DNA of 64,000 nucleotides from an uncultured virus (IMG/VR IMGVR_UViG_3300009159_007116). Taxonomy: Duplodnaviria > Heunggongvirae > Uroviricota > Caudoviricetes. The stretch covers positions 1-64,000 of the IMG/VR virus record IMGVR_UViG_3300009159_007116; one strand, 5' to 3'. The notes beneath the pieces are model-generated. The model saw nothing but the letters and a program-made list of their open reading frames with translations, searched no databases and had not been told where the DNA came from. Below are positions 52,393-62,878 of the stretch, one piece after another (within the stretch, counting starts at the first letter, position 1; each line of letters opens with the position of its first letter). Both the position numbers and the translations under genes were made by a program.

Positions 52393-53892
52393 ATGTCAAA
52401 AAAACGAATACTCCTGTGTGGTGAAGCAACTTTTATAAACTCTGGATATGCCAACTATGGTTGCCAGATTATGAACAGGCTTTATCAAACAGGAGAATTT
52501 GAATTGGCAGAAATAGGGTGTTTTGGCAAAGATCATTCATCAGTTTCAAAACCACCTTGGAAAATATACTATCCAGATGAAAATAAAAACAATGGAAGAT
52601 TTGGTTCTTCAATTTTTGAAGATGTTCTTTTAGAATTTAAACCAGATGTAGTGTGGTCTTTTAGAGATCCTTGGGTTGATGATTTTATTGGCGATTCGCC
52701 CTACAAGAGACATTTCCATTGGGCTTATATGCCAACCATTGATTCTATTCCATTAGATCCAGAGTGGATATATACTTTAACTAAAGCAGACTCTATATTT
52801 ACATATTCAGATTGGGCTTTAGACATACTTAAGGAAAATTATCCAAATCTAAATTTAATCTCTTCTGCTTCTCCAGCAGCAGATGAAGTATTTACCATGA
52901 TTAAAGACAAAAAAGAATTTAAAAAGTCTCATGGTTTAGATCCAGATTGCTTAATAATCGGTTCTGTCATGAGAAATCAAAAAAGAAAGTTGATTCCAGA
53001 TCTTTTTGATGCATTTGAAATGCTGTTGGATCAAGCACCAAAAGAAATATCTTCAAAATTAATTCTATATATGCACACTACTTATCCAGATGTTGGTTGG
53101 GATATACCAAAGTTAATAGCTGAAAGACCAAAAATATCAAAAAAACTGTTTTTTACCTACAGTTGTAGAGGTTGTTTTAACATATCTATATCAAATTTTA
53201 ATGGTGCAATTATAGAATGCAATTATTGTAAAAAAATATCTTCTTTGTTTCCAAACACAAGTTCTGGTGCAAAAAGAGACTCTATGGCAATGGTGTATAA
53301 TCTAATGGATCTATATGTTCAATACTCTTGTGCAGAAGGATTTGGGATGCCATTAGTAGAAGCAGCTTCTTGTGGGGTTCCTATTTGTGCCACAGACTAT
53401 AGTGCTATGTACGATATAGTTAGAAAACTAGATGGTTTTCCAATAAAAGTACAAAGAATGCATTATGAAGTTGAAACACATAGAAAATTTGCACTTCCAG
53501 ACAATCAAAATTTTGTAGATATTTGTATTAAATATTTTAAACAACCAGAGTCAGTAAGAAAGTTTAAGTCTAATAAAACATTAAATTTGGCAAAAGAAAA
53601 GTATAGTTATGATGCTGTTTCAGAAAAGTTAAAAAATCACTTTTTATCTATACCAAGCTCTAATACATGGAATGAACCAAAAAAGTACATGAGCATACCT
53701 TCAGAAATATCTTTTGATAACAATGTAGAATTTTTAAAAGAATTATTGAAGTGTTTTAATGATGATTTTTCTCTTTTGTTTTCAAGGTTATTGAAAAAAA
53801 TAAATTACAATATGTCTTCTAAAGAAGATATATATAAAGAAGTAGAAAAAATAATATCTAAATACAATCACTATGAATCTATAAGGAACTAA
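52393..53892 (+). CDS. GT4 glycosyltransferase
   Basis: SGY, RNQKRK, EGFGMPLVEA. Confidence 0.87.
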   Translation: MSKKRILLCGEATFINSGYANYGCQIMNRLYQTGEFELAEIGCFGKDHSSVSKPPWKIYYPDENKNNGRFGSSIFEDVLLEFKPDVVWSFRDPWVDDFIGDSPYKRHFHWAYMPTIDSIPLDPEWIYTLTKADSIFTYSDWALDILKENYPNLNLISSASPAADEVFTMIKDKKEFKKSHGLDPDCLIIGSVMRNQKRKLIPDLFDAFEMLLDQAPKEISSKLILYMHTTYPDVGWDIPKLIAERPKISKKLFFTYSCRGCFNISISNFNGAIIECNYCKKISSLFPNTSSGAKRDSMAMVYNLMDLYVQYSCAEGFGMPLVEAASCGVPICATDYSAMYDIVRKLDGFPIKVQRMHYEVETHRKFALPDNQNFVDICIKYFKQPESVRKFKSNKTLNLAKEKYSYDAVSEKLKNHFLSIPSSNTWNEPKKYMSIPSEISFDNNVEFLKELLKCFNDDFSLLFSRLLKKINYNMSSKEDIYKEVEKIISKYNHYESIRN

Positions 53893-53893
53893 A

Positions 53894-55033
53894 ATGAAAG
53901 TTCTTTACATAGGAAATTACAGAGATGGAACTGGATATGGTCAAGCTGCTGAAGATTATATATTATCTTTAGATTCAGTTGGCGTAAATGTTGTTTGTAG
54001 GCCACTAAAGTTTAATGATTTAAATCACACTCCACATAAAAGAGTCGAAGAGTTAGAAAAAAGATCAGCAGATAATTGCAATGTTGTTATTCAACATACT
54101 CTTCCAACGCATGTTCAATATGATTCAAGTTTTGATTTAAACATATCACTTTTTGCTCATGAAACATCTTCATTTAGAATGGCTGGATGGCAAAATCATT
54201 TAAACAACATGGATTGTTGTATTGTCATAAATAATCAAATGATTGAATCGTGCAGAGATAGTGGTGTAAAAGTTCCGATATATGTTGTTCCTCATGCTAG
54301 AGATTTTTCTATTTATACTGAAAAATTTGAAAAGCTAAAACAAGTCGAAGATAATACATTTAAAAATGATTTTATTTTTTATACTATCGGAGAACAAAAA
54401 AGAAGGAAAAACTTATCGGCATTATTAAAAGCTTATTTTTTAGAGTTTTCAAGAGATGAAAATGTTTGCTTAATAGTAAAAACAAATCATGAGGATAAAG
54501 AAGATTTTACTAAATATTGTAATTCTATTTCATCTGGACTTAATGTAAGAAGACCTCCTAGAGTATTTTGCATAAAAGAAAGATTGTCAAATAATGCAAT
54601 ATACAAACTACACAATTCATGCGATGCTTTTGTGCAAGCATCTTATGGTGAAGCTTGGAGCATACCAGCATTCGATGCAATGGGTTTTGGAAAGACACCT
54701 ATTGTAACTAATTGCTCTGGCTACAAAGACTATTTGAATGACAATGTTGGTTGGTTGGTTGATTGCCATAAGGAATTTGTTTTTGGTCAAGAAAGGATTA
54801 TTAATGGCATTTACGATGGATCTGAGTATTGGTGGTCAATTGATATTCATGACTTAAGAAGGAAGATGAGAGATTGTTATTCGATGGAGGACATTAGAAA
54901 GTCTAAGGCTACTTTTGCTTTAGATCGTGCCTACGAATTCTCCCACGAAAAAGTGGGTTTAAAATTTTTAAAGGTGATTAAACATGCCTCCAAAAAAGAA
55001 AAAACAAACTTGGGTAGACATTGCAAACTATAA
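53894..55033 (+). CDS. GT4 glycosyltransferase
   Basis: TGYG, RKN, GEAWSIPAFDAM. Confidence 0.85.
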   Translation: MKVLYIGNYRDGTGYGQAAEDYILSLDSVGVNVVCRPLKFNDLNHTPHKRVEELEKRSADNCNVVIQHTLPTHVQYDSSFDLNISLFAHETSSFRMAGWQNHLNNMDCCIVINNQMIESCRDSGVKVPIYVVPHARDFSIYTEKFEKLKQVEDNTFKNDFIFYTIGEQKRRKNLSALLKAYFLEFSRDENVCLIVKTNHEDKEDFTKYCNSISSGLNVRRPPRVFCIKERLSNNAIYKLHNSCDAFVQASYGEAWSIPAFDAMGFGKTPIVTNCSGYKDYLNDNVGWLVDCHKEFVFGQERIINGIYDGSEYWWSIDIHDLRRKMRDCYSMEDIRKSKATFALDRAYEFSHEKVGLKFLKVIKHASKKEKTNLGRHCKL

Positions 55034-55718
55034 AGAAGAACCTACAGAGGTTTCTTGGAAGGAAGAAAGGGATAAATCAGTTGAAGAAGAAAAGACGAAT
55101 CAAATAAAAGGTAAAACAAAAAATCAAGATATCTATATAGAAGCAATTGAAAAACACACGCTTACAATATGTTCTGGTCCTGCTGGTGCAGGGAAAACAT
55201 TTATAGCTTGTGGTGTTGCTGCTGGATTATTGATGCAGAAAAAAATAGAAAAAATTATTATAGCTAGACCATTAATTGAATGTGGACAAAAGATTGGTGC
55301 TTTTCCAGGCGATCTTAAGGAAAAGACTGAGCCTTTTATGGTTGCCATGCTTGAAGCAATTGGTAATTTTGTCACAAAAACAAAAATGAAGGCAATTAGA
55401 AATGATCAGATATTAGAAATATGCCCTCTTGAATTAATGAGAGGCAGAACATTTCATGATTCTATGATTATTTTAGATGAAGCACAAAATGCCACAAGAA
55501 GGCAATTAAAAATGTTTCTAACTAGATTTGGTCAAAATGCAAAAGTTATCGTTTGTGGTGATCATACACAAACAGACTTGCCTCATTACGAAGGAAACAC
55601 TATGGGGTGGATTTTAGAAAAACTTAATCATAAAGATATTGCTAAAGTGTTCCTTACTGGCGATGATATACAAAGGCATGGGCTTATTAAATATATCGTT
55701 GAGCAGTTAGGGGAATAG
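54984..55718 (+). CDS. phoH: PhoH-family ATPase
   Basis: GPAGAGKT, MRGRTF, ILDEAQN, LTR, GD..Q.D. Confidence 0.92.
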   Translation: MPPKKKKQTWVDIANYKEEPTEVSWKEERDKSVEEEKTNQIKGKTKNQDIYIEAIEKHTLTICSGPAGAGKTFIACGVAAGLLMQKKIEKIIIARPLIECGQKIGAFPGDLKEKTEPFMVAMLEAIGNFVTKTKMKAIRNDQILEICPLELMRGRTFHDSMIILDEAQNATRRQLKMFLTRFGQNAKVIVCGDHTQTDLPHYEGNTMGWILEKLNHKDIAKVFLTGDDIQRHGLIKYIVEQLGE

Positions 55719-56714
55719 ATGCATCCCGCATTAAGTAATATAGTAAGGTCATCCACTAGAAAAAGTGGAGATAGACTTAAGATACTTACATTTTCAACGC
55801 ATGAAAGATATCAGTCTAATATGGCTGATATCAATGCTGATTTTTGGGTTATAAACAATCCAAAGATTAAAGCTTGGAATTCTCAATATGCAGAAGTACC
55901 AAAAAATCATAAGTTATTGAATAATATAAAAAAAATATCTGATATTCCAAATTATCTTGTTTTTGATGCCATTCTAAGCCATGAAAAATTTATGCAATTT
56001 GATATAGCTTTGACTATATCTAAACATTTACACATACCATTAATATGTCTAGAACATGTATGCATGACAGAAACAAGAACTGCATTAAAGAAAAAATTTG
56101 GTAATACAAACATATTTATTTCTGAATATTCTGTAAAATCTTGGGATTTCAATAAAGAACATGAAGTTATTAATCATGGAGTTGACACTAGGATTTTTAA
56201 CAATAAGAAAATAAAAAGAGAAAACAACATTCTAAGTGTTGTTAACGATTGGAAAAATAGAGATTATGAATGTGGATTTACATTATGGCAAAACATAACA
56301 AAAGATATGCCAGTAGTTGTAATCGGCAGCAATCCAGAACTTTCTGAACCAGCTAAAGATGTTGATGATTTAGTTAATAGTTATAATAGATCTAGTATAT
56401 TTTTAAATACATCAATATTTAGTCCATTGCCAACCACTTTAATAGAGGCTATGGCATGTGGTTGCTGTGTTATTACTACCGCAAATGGAATGTGTTCAGA
56501 AATAATTAAAAATGGCGTAAATGGATTTATTTCAAACGATGAAAACGAACTTAAATTATTCTTAAATAATTGTTTGGAAGATCCTTCTTTGTGCAGAAAA
56601 ATGGGTGAAGAAGCAAGAAAAACAATACTTCAAAATTTTTCCCTAGAATCTTTTACAAATAGATGGAATGAAGTTTTACAGAAGGCAGTAACCAAAAACT
56701 GGTGGGAACTATGA
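55719..56714 (+). CDS. GT4 glycosyltransferase
   Basis: THERY, HGVD, LIEAMACG, NGVNG. Confidence 0.85.
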   Translation: MHPALSNIVRSSTRKSGDRLKILTFSTHERYQSNMADINADFWVINNPKIKAWNSQYAEVPKNHKLLNNIKKISDIPNYLVFDAILSHEKFMQFDIALTISKHLHIPLICLEHVCMTETRTALKKKFGNTNIFISEYSVKSWDFNKEHEVINHGVDTRIFNNKKIKRENNILSVVNDWKNRDYECGFTLWQNITKDMPVVVIGSNPELSEPAKDVDDLVNSYNRSSIFLNTSIFSPLPTTLIEAMACGCCVITTANGMCSEIIKNGVNGFISNDENELKLFLNNCLEDPSLCRKMGEEARKTILQNFSLESFTNRWNEVLQKAVTKNWWEL

Positions 56715-57190
56715 AAATAAATATAGGAATACCATTCTTTAAAGAAGATGTTGAGGACAGTGAGTTTACATATATAAGCCCATTTCCAACATCGTCTGAT
56801 AGTATTTTATATTGTCATTATCAAGATTTAAGTAAAATTGCAGATGATGGTGAATTAGATGCTATTTCCTGCAAAAGAGTTTTAAATTTTATAAGTCATT
56901 TAGAAATAAAAGACACTATTAAACATTGGTGCAAAAAATTAAAGCATGAAGGAAAACTATTTTTATTTTTTGAAGATATTATTGAGTTATGTAGATTGAC
57001 AACAATTGGAAGCATTAAGGAAGAAGATATATCGCAATATATTTATGGTGGTCAAGAAGAAGGTTGGAACTTTAAAAAATCTGGCATTACAATACCTTTT
57101 ATAAAAAATATACTTGTAGAAAATGGTATGATAATAGAGAATGTCAAACTTGACTCGTTTTATTGTTATATAGAATCAAGGAGAAAATAA
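56711..57190 (+). CDS. methyltransferase-like protein
   Basis: KINIG...W.KKLKHEGKL class I MTase-like pattern, degenerate. Confidence 0.55.
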   Translation: MKINIGIPFFKEDVEDSEFTYISPFPTSSDSILYCHYQDLSKIADDGELDAISCKRVLNFISHLEIKDTIKHWCKKLKHEGKLFLFFEDIIELCRLTTIGSIKEEDISQYIYGGQEEGWNFKKSGITIPFIKNILVENGMIIENVKLDSFYCYIESRRK

Positions 57191-58011
57191 TGCTAGGAAC
57201 TGTTCATACATCATGTAAAGATTGTATATTTGCTATTTATTCTGATAAAACTCAAACAGATTGTTCTTTTGATAAAATAAAAAAGCTCAAAGAGAATGGC
57301 GTTGCAGTAGACGAATCATTCGATGATGAAAAGGAATTTTTTGTAATCAATAATCATGCTTGCATGACATATAGACCAGCATCTTTTTTAGAAGGAAAAA
57401 CATTTGAAGAAGCAAAGGAAAGTGCTAGAGAAAGATCTTCAGTTAGAGTTGGCTGTTTAGTTATGATAAAAGAAGATCAAGGCAATTTAATTAAAATTAT
57501 AGATAGTATTTGCAACCAGACTAAACAATTTAGCGAAGTAATTTTCTGTGCTAATCCAGAAGTTCAACCATCAAAAATAATGAAACTTCTTAATGATAAA
57601 AAAGTAACATTTAAATGGTCTATTAGACATATAGTTGATGGTGAATATGTCGGAGATGTTTCTATGAATGTAGCAATGCAAAAAACAAATTGCATATACA
57701 TGTCTGTTTTTACCTCCGATTTTATTGTGCCAAATAAATTTGTAGAGCAAATTGACATTGCCCTAAATGATAACATGCAAAGATTTTTGTTGTTAGAACC
57801 GATTGATTCTGAAAATAATGGGCTTACTTTTCAATCATTTATATTTAACGCATTGCGTGGAAATGAACAAGCAGTTGTTGATGACAATTCTGAAAAACCA
57901 GCAAATAGTATTATTGAAAAAATAAAGTATGTGGCAACAACACAGAACCTTACTTCCATGATTAAAAAGTGTGAAGATATATGTCCATGCATAGTAAACA
58001 GCCAAGAGTAA
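57190..58011 (+). CDS. hypothetical protein (Cys-rich N-terminus, possible GT-A-like domain)
   Basis: TSCKDCIFA...C; SICNQT. Confidence 0.6.
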   Translation: MLGTVHTSCKDCIFAIYSDKTQTDCSFDKIKKLKENGVAVDESFDDEKEFFVINNHACMTYRPASFLEGKTFEEAKESARERSSVRVGCLVMIKEDQGNLIKIIDSICNQTKQFSEVIFCANPEVQPSKIMKLLNDKKVTFKWSIRHIVDGEYVGDVSMNVAMQKTNCIYMSVFTSDFIVPNKFVEQIDIALNDNMQRFLLLEPIDSENNGLTFQSFIFNALRGNEQAVVDDNSEKPANSIIEKIKYVATTQNLTSMIKKCEDICPCIVNSQE

Positions 58012-58754
58012 CTGTAGTTGTACCAAATTACAATTATGGCCATTGGATAGAAAGCTGTTTAGACAGTGTTGCTAATGATCCGTATGATAGTAAAAGCATT
58101 GTTGTTATTGATGATGGATCTACAGATAGTTCAGCACAAAATGTATATAATTTAATAACTAATCCAAAACCATTTTCAGAAAATGGAATTGATGGAATAA
58201 TTGGAACATATAAAGATTACAATTTTCAAATAAAATTAATTGCTGCAAATACATCTAGAGGCCCATCAGCAGCTAGAAACATTGGAATAAAGTCTTGTTT
58301 TGATGAAACAGACTTTTTTTCATTTATTGATTCAGATGACATGCACATTTCTGGAAAAATAAAGACAACAGTTAAGAAGATGATTGAACATCAAGGCTAT
58401 GTTGGCGTTGTATATTGTGACTATGAAAATTTATATGTAGATAAAAATAGAGTTCATCAACAATATAAAGAACCATTCTGCTCAGAAAGATTGTTGTCAG
58501 AGTGTATAATTCCACCACATAGTTTAGTTGCAAAATATGCAATTGAAGACTCTGGTCTTTTTGACGAAGAAATGCGTGTGGCAGAAGATTATGATTGGTG
58601 GATAAGAATATCTAAAAAATTTGTTTGTTATCACATACCAGAAAAGTATGTAATCATGAGAACAGGAAAATATAATTCTTCTAATACAGTAGATAAAAAT
58701 ATATGGATTAAAAATTGGGCAAGAATAAGAGACAAAATAAGTAATGGCTCATAA
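57981..58754 (+). CDS. GT2 glycosyltransferase
   Basis: VVPNYN, IDDGSTD, SAARN.G, DSDD, EDYD. Confidence 0.9.
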   Translation: MSMHSKQPRVTVVVPNYNYGHWIESCLDSVANDPYDSKSIVVIDDGSTDSSAQNVYNLITNPKPFSENGIDGIIGTYKDYNFQIKLIAANTSRGPSAARNIGIKSCFDETDFFSFIDSDDMHISGKIKTTVKKMIEHQGYVGVVYCDYENLYVDKNRVHQQYKEPFCSERLLSECIIPPHSLVAKYAIEDSGLFDEEMRVAEDYDWWIRISKKFVCYHIPEKYVIMRTGKYNSSNTVDKNIWIKNWARIRDKISNGS

Positions 58755-59430
58755 ACTTGGCGTTGTTATATTAGCTGCTGGCCTTGGCAAAAGAATGAAG
58801 GCATATGGTCCTAAATCGGCTATTGGCATATCGTCAGATCAAACAGTTATAGGTAGACAAATAAGCATAATTCAATCATGTTTTCCAAAGTATGAAATAA
58901 CTGTAATAGTAGGATTTCAAAAAGATAAAGTATTAGAAAAAATGCCATCTTTAATTTCATATATAGAAAACAAAAGCTATGAATCTACGAATACATCAAT
59001 GTCTGTTAATTTAGCTTTAAGTAGAAATAACTACTCAAAACTTTTAATAATTTATGGCGATCTTGTTTTTACAGATGAAATATTTAAGGAAACTCCAAAA
59101 AATAATTCTTGGGTTGCTATAGATAATGAAAAAAATCAAAGGTCTATGGAAGTTGGAGTTAATGTAGTTGATAACAATGTGGTTCATTTTTCCTATGGCG
59201 TAAGTCCAAAGTGGGGGCATATAGCTATGCTCACTGGAAATGAATTGCTTCTCTATAAAAAAATAACAAACAATGAAAGATCACATAAGAAATTTTGCTT
59301 TGAAATTTTTAATGAAATAATAGATCAGTCTGGTATATTTAAAGCTCATAGGAACAACAACTGGAAAATGGTTGAGATAGACACTTCCAAAGATATAGAT
59401 AGAGCAAAGAAACTAGTGAAAAGAGGCTAA
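58744..59430 (+). CDS. NTP transferase (sugar/choline-phosphate nucleotidyltransferase family)
   Basis: ILAAGLGKRM...PK, YGD, EIDT. Confidence 0.85.
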   Translation: MAHKLGVVILAAGLGKRMKAYGPKSAIGISSDQTVIGRQISIIQSCFPKYEITVIVGFQKDKVLEKMPSLISYIENKSYESTNTSMSVNLALSRNNYSKLLIIYGDLVFTDEIFKETPKNNSWVAIDNEKNQRSMEVGVNVVDNNVVHFSYGVSPKWGHIAMLTGNELLLYKKITNNERSHKKFCFEIFNEIIDQSGIFKAHRNNNWKMVEIDTSKDIDRAKKLVKRG

Positions 59431-59431
59431 G

Positions 59432-60298
59432 ATGAATATTCTTTGTGTTCATGGGGAACAATTAAACATAGAAGAATTCTCAGGTTGGGGCAAAGCATTT
59501 ATATCTTGTGGACATGAATTTCTATTTTTTAAACAAAAAGAAAAATCAATTCTAGATGCGTTTTATGAAAAAAAACCAGATCTATTTATTACATGTGAAT
59601 CAGCGTTTGATAGAGCTACAAAAAAAGCAATAAATCTTTATCCAAAATGCAAAGTTGTTATTTTTTATAAAAACTCTTCTTTTTTAGAAAACAAAAACTT
59701 TCATGATAATGTTTATTGTTTTAATAATTTTGATCCATCTATAGATATCTATCCTTTGCTCAAAGGAAAATTAAAGTCAAACTTAATTTCTGACATCAAT
59801 TATGTTGGTGAATACATAGATGATAACGACAATGTTATTTTAAACACCCTATCTGAAAATGGCTTTATTGTTAAGGTATGGGGAGATAAGAAGTGGCCAT
59901 ACAGACAGTATTTAGGAAAAGCAAAAGAAAATCTTGTTAAGGACATTATAATGTCTTGCTCCTTATCTGTTTCTTCTGATTTATTTTCTGGTGAAATTTG
60001 GCCTTTAAAGGTGTTCGCATCTGGAAAACCATGTATACTGTATAGATCGGCTAAGACGAAAGATTTGATAAGTGCAGACAATTTTAATTATGAAGATGAA
60101 GAATCGTTTTTTAAAGCTATTATAGACTTGCTTCAAAATCCAGATTCTTTAAATGACGAAGTAGAGAGAATAAATAAAGATGTAAGGAATAATCATACAT
60201 CACATAATAGAGTAGCAAAACTTTTTAATCTATTGAGTATGGAACAGGAGTCAGATAAATGTCTATTGGAATTAAAAAAAATTCTAAAGAAGTACTAA
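59432..60298 (+). CDS. GT-B/CgeB-like glycosyltransferase
   Basis: VWG..W....YLG; C-terminal HT..NR. Confidence 0.6.
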   Translation: MNILCVHGEQLNIEEFSGWGKAFISCGHEFLFFKQKEKSILDAFYEKKPDLFITCESAFDRATKKAINLYPKCKVVIFYKNSSFLENKNFHDNVYCFNNFDPSIDIYPLLKGKLKSNLISDINYVGEYIDDNDNVILNTLSENGFIVKVWGDKKWPYRQYLGKAKENLVKDIIMSCSLSVSSDLFSGEIWPLKVFASGKPCILYRSAKTKDLISADNFNYEDEESFFKAIIDLLQNPDSLNDEVERINKDVRNNHTSHNRVAKLFNLLSMEQESDKCLLELKKILKKY

Positions 60299-60963
60299 GT
60301 GTAAATTTAGGTTTTGTCAAATCTTCAGATCATCTCAGAAAGTCTTTGTGGTGGATAACTAGAGATTTTACCAACACCACTTTAAAAGTAGTTATAGCAA
60401 TAGAAGACAATGAAAAATCTAATGATATAATTGACATTTTAAAAGCGTGTTCAATCAGATGTTCTTGGACTATCATTAAAACTAAAACAGAACATTTAAT
60501 CGAAACATATGGATTAAAGACATATCAAGAATCAAAAAGTTTAGCTCATAAAATATGCGATAAGTTTTGCACAAATAAAAAAATAATTTCAAGCCCTCAA
60601 ATCATTTATGGCGACAATTCTTTTAAAGAATTTGCAGATCAAATAAACAATGAATTTGTAAATACGATGAATTGTTATTCAATGCCACAATATGTTCAAG
60701 TTGGACTTACGGATGCTTCTTCTAATTTTTCAAATTTTTTAATGAAAGAGTGTTTTAAATTTCCAATATACAGCTTTGAATATCCAGCAAAAATAGCTGA
60801 CTATACAGTTAAGTCATTTTATGATACTGAAGACAACAAAGAAGTTAAATTTTTAAATTTGAATTGTTTCTTTTTAGAAACAAATGATTCATGCCCACAA
60901 ATAGATGTCGAGTTTAATCAATCTACAATAGATCAAAGCGATATTATGGAGTGGTTATGCTAG
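60259..60963 (+). CDS. hypothetical protein
   Basis: 234-aa ORF in glycan block; start uncertain. Confidence 0.6.
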   Translation: MSIGIKKNSKEVLSVNLGFVKSSDHLRKSLWWITRDFTNTTLKVVIAIEDNEKSNDIIDILKACSIRCSWTIIKTKTEHLIETYGLKTYQESKSLAHKICDKFCTNKKIISSPQIIYGDNSFKEFADQINNEFVNTMNCYSMPQYVQVGLTDASSNFSNFLMKECFKFPIYSFEYPAKIADYTVKSFYDTEDNKEVKFLNLNCFFLETNDSCPQIDVEFNQSTIDQSDIMEWLC

Positions 60964-61697
60964 CATTTAGAATCCCAAAACCAATAACTATAATTGGTGA
61001 TCATACTAATAAAGTAATTAGTTTTGCATCATGTAATTTTTGGACATCTATTAATTTTAATACAATAATTGAAACACAAGCTCTATGTGATTCAACATTA
61101 AAAGTATTAAATTATATATACATGAATAATCATTTTGAAAAAAACATAATTATAAAAGATCTTTACCCCAATGATGACTTTGCTAAAATTCAATCTGCTG
61201 TATTTGGTGGGTTGAACTATTTAACAATTTCAGATCATCTTTGGTTTTCAATAAAGCTTAATTATGAAAAAGAATTTTTTGATCACATTATGCTTTACGA
61301 AATAAATAAAGATTTTTTTCAATATGATAAGTCTATAGCCAAATCATTTCATAAAATGGATAATCTTGAAAAAATGGTCAGCGATTTTTATGATGCATAT
61401 CAAGAAAAAAACTGGTTATTTTTAGGTCAATTAATAAACTCTTATTGGAAAATAAAAAGAGATGTTGATCCAGCATCTAAAAATACATATATAGAAAAAC
61501 TTTATTCTGATTGTAGGTTAAATGGTGCAATAGGTGGCAAAATGGATGGTTCTTTAATGTTGTTATTTGTAAAGCCAGAAAATCAAGATTCGATAAAATC
61601 AATAATGAAAGATCATGTTCAAATAAATAACACTCTAGATTTAACTGGCATAATCCATGAGGAACTATTCAGTGGAAATAGCAATTGTTGTAAATAA
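60957..61697 (+). CDS. degenerate GHMP-kinase-like protein (HddA-like)
   Basis: AVFGGLN, LGQLINSYWKIKR...IEKLY...GAIGGK; lacks PxGxGLGSS. Confidence 0.55.
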   Translation: MLAFRIPKPITIIGDHTNKVISFASCNFWTSINFNTIIETQALCDSTLKVLNYIYMNNHFEKNIIIKDLYPNDDFAKIQSAVFGGLNYLTISDHLWFSIKLNYEKEFFDHIMLYEINKDFFQYDKSIAKSFHKMDNLEKMVSDFYDAYQEKNWLFLGQLINSYWKIKRDVDPASKNTYIEKLYSDCRLNGAIGGKMDGSLMLLFVKPENQDSIKSIMKDHVQINNTLDLTGIIHEELFSGNSNCCK

Positions 61698-62130
61698 AAT
61701 AAGGTTTAGCCAGCTTTCATATCTTTTGACTAAACAGTCACATGATAATGATTTAGTTGTATTTTCTCAAAATGACTACACTATTAATGCAAACAATGGA
61801 TTCTCTATCTTTATGATGTATGATTTTTGGAATTATAAGGGCAATAACATTGTTGCTACAGATATAGATTCATGTAAACTCATCTTAAAAAACCCATCCG
61901 TAAAAAGCTTTTATTTTTATGTTTGGGATTTAGAATGGATGAGATTGCAATCTTTTGATTATGAAGACATTCAGCAAATATATGGTAATAGTAAAATTAA
62001 ATTGATTGCTAGAAGTGACAGACATGCATTAGCTATTGAACAGGCGTGGAATAAAAAATGTTTAGTGGTTGAAGACTTTAAATTAAGCGAAATATTTAGG
62101 AGCGATAAAAATGAACCAATTAACGCATGA
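61657..62130 (+). CDS. hypothetical protein (GT-associated)
   Basis: IVATD, FYVWDLEW, LIARS. Confidence 0.6.
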   Translation: MRNYSVEIAIVVNKIRFSQLSYLLTKQSHDNDLVVFSQNDYTINANNGFSIFMMYDFWNYKGNNIVATDIDSCKLILKNPSVKSFYFYVWDLEWMRLQSFDYEDIQQIYGNSKIKLIARSDRHALAIEQAWNKKCLVVEDFKLSEIFRSDKNEPINA

Positions 62131-62875
62131 ATACTTAATTGAGCATTATGTACAACAAGTTAAATCTACATATCAAATAGCAGAAGAATTTGGTACATAT
62201 CCCAATAAGGTTAGAAGGGCTTTAGTAGAATTTGGTATACCACTCAGGGATAAATCTCAGGCACAAGAAAAAGCCATAGAAACTGGTAGGTGTAAACACC
62301 CCACAAAAGGCAAGAAAACATCAGAAGCAACAAAGAATAAGATAAGTGACTCTATTGCCAATGTATGGCAGGAAATGGGTGAGGATGAAAAGAAGAGAAG
62401 GGCTGAAATGTCTAGACAGCAATGGGAAGCTAAGTCTGTGCAAAAAGTAGAAGAAATGCAAAAGGCAGCAGCAATATCAGTTAGGGCAGCAGCAGTATAT
62501 GGATCTAAACTAGAAAAGTTTTTAATTACTGGATTGAAAAAAGAAGGGTTTAAAGCAGACTTCCACAAAGAATTTTGGGCTATTGACAGAAAACAACATA
62601 TAGATATATTTATTTCTGATCTTAATTTGGCAATAGAAATAGATGGGCCAAGTCATTTTAGGTCTATTTGGGGTGAGGATATACATAAAAAACAAGTGGC
62701 TAGTGATAATAAAAAAACTGGATTTATAATAAATGCTGGAATGAAAATGATTCGTGTAAAAAACATAGATGGAAATAGTTCTGGATTTTATATGAGAACG
62801 ATCTTGAAAAAACTTTTGCATACAATAGACTTAGTTAAGAATGGTACGAAGGAATGTTTTTTTGAACTGGAGTAA
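62111..62875 (+). CDS. HTH + NUMOD3-like + DUF559/Vsr-like endonuclease (putative homing endonuclease)
   Basis: STYQIAEEFG, GKKTSEATKNKIS, ID...AIEIDGPSH. Confidence 0.72.
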   Translation: MNQLTHEYLIEHYVQQVKSTYQIAEEFGTYPNKVRRALVEFGIPLRDKSQAQEKAIETGRCKHPTKGKKTSEATKNKISDSIANVWQEMGEDEKKRRAEMSRQQWEAKSVQKVEEMQKAAAISVRAAAVYGSKLEKFLITGLKKEGFKADFHKEFWAIDRKQHIDIFISDLNLAIEIDGPSHFRSIWGEDIHKKQVASDNKKTGFIINAGMKMIRVKNIDGNSSGFYMRTILKKLLHTIDLVKNGTKECFFELE

Positions 62876-62878
62876 TTA

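Noticed and set aside
38632..52411. Additional ACGAATA sites at 38653, 44005, 48607 and 52404
   Set aside because: The upstream TGAAY box is missing or at the wrong spacing, so they are not counted as promoter copies.
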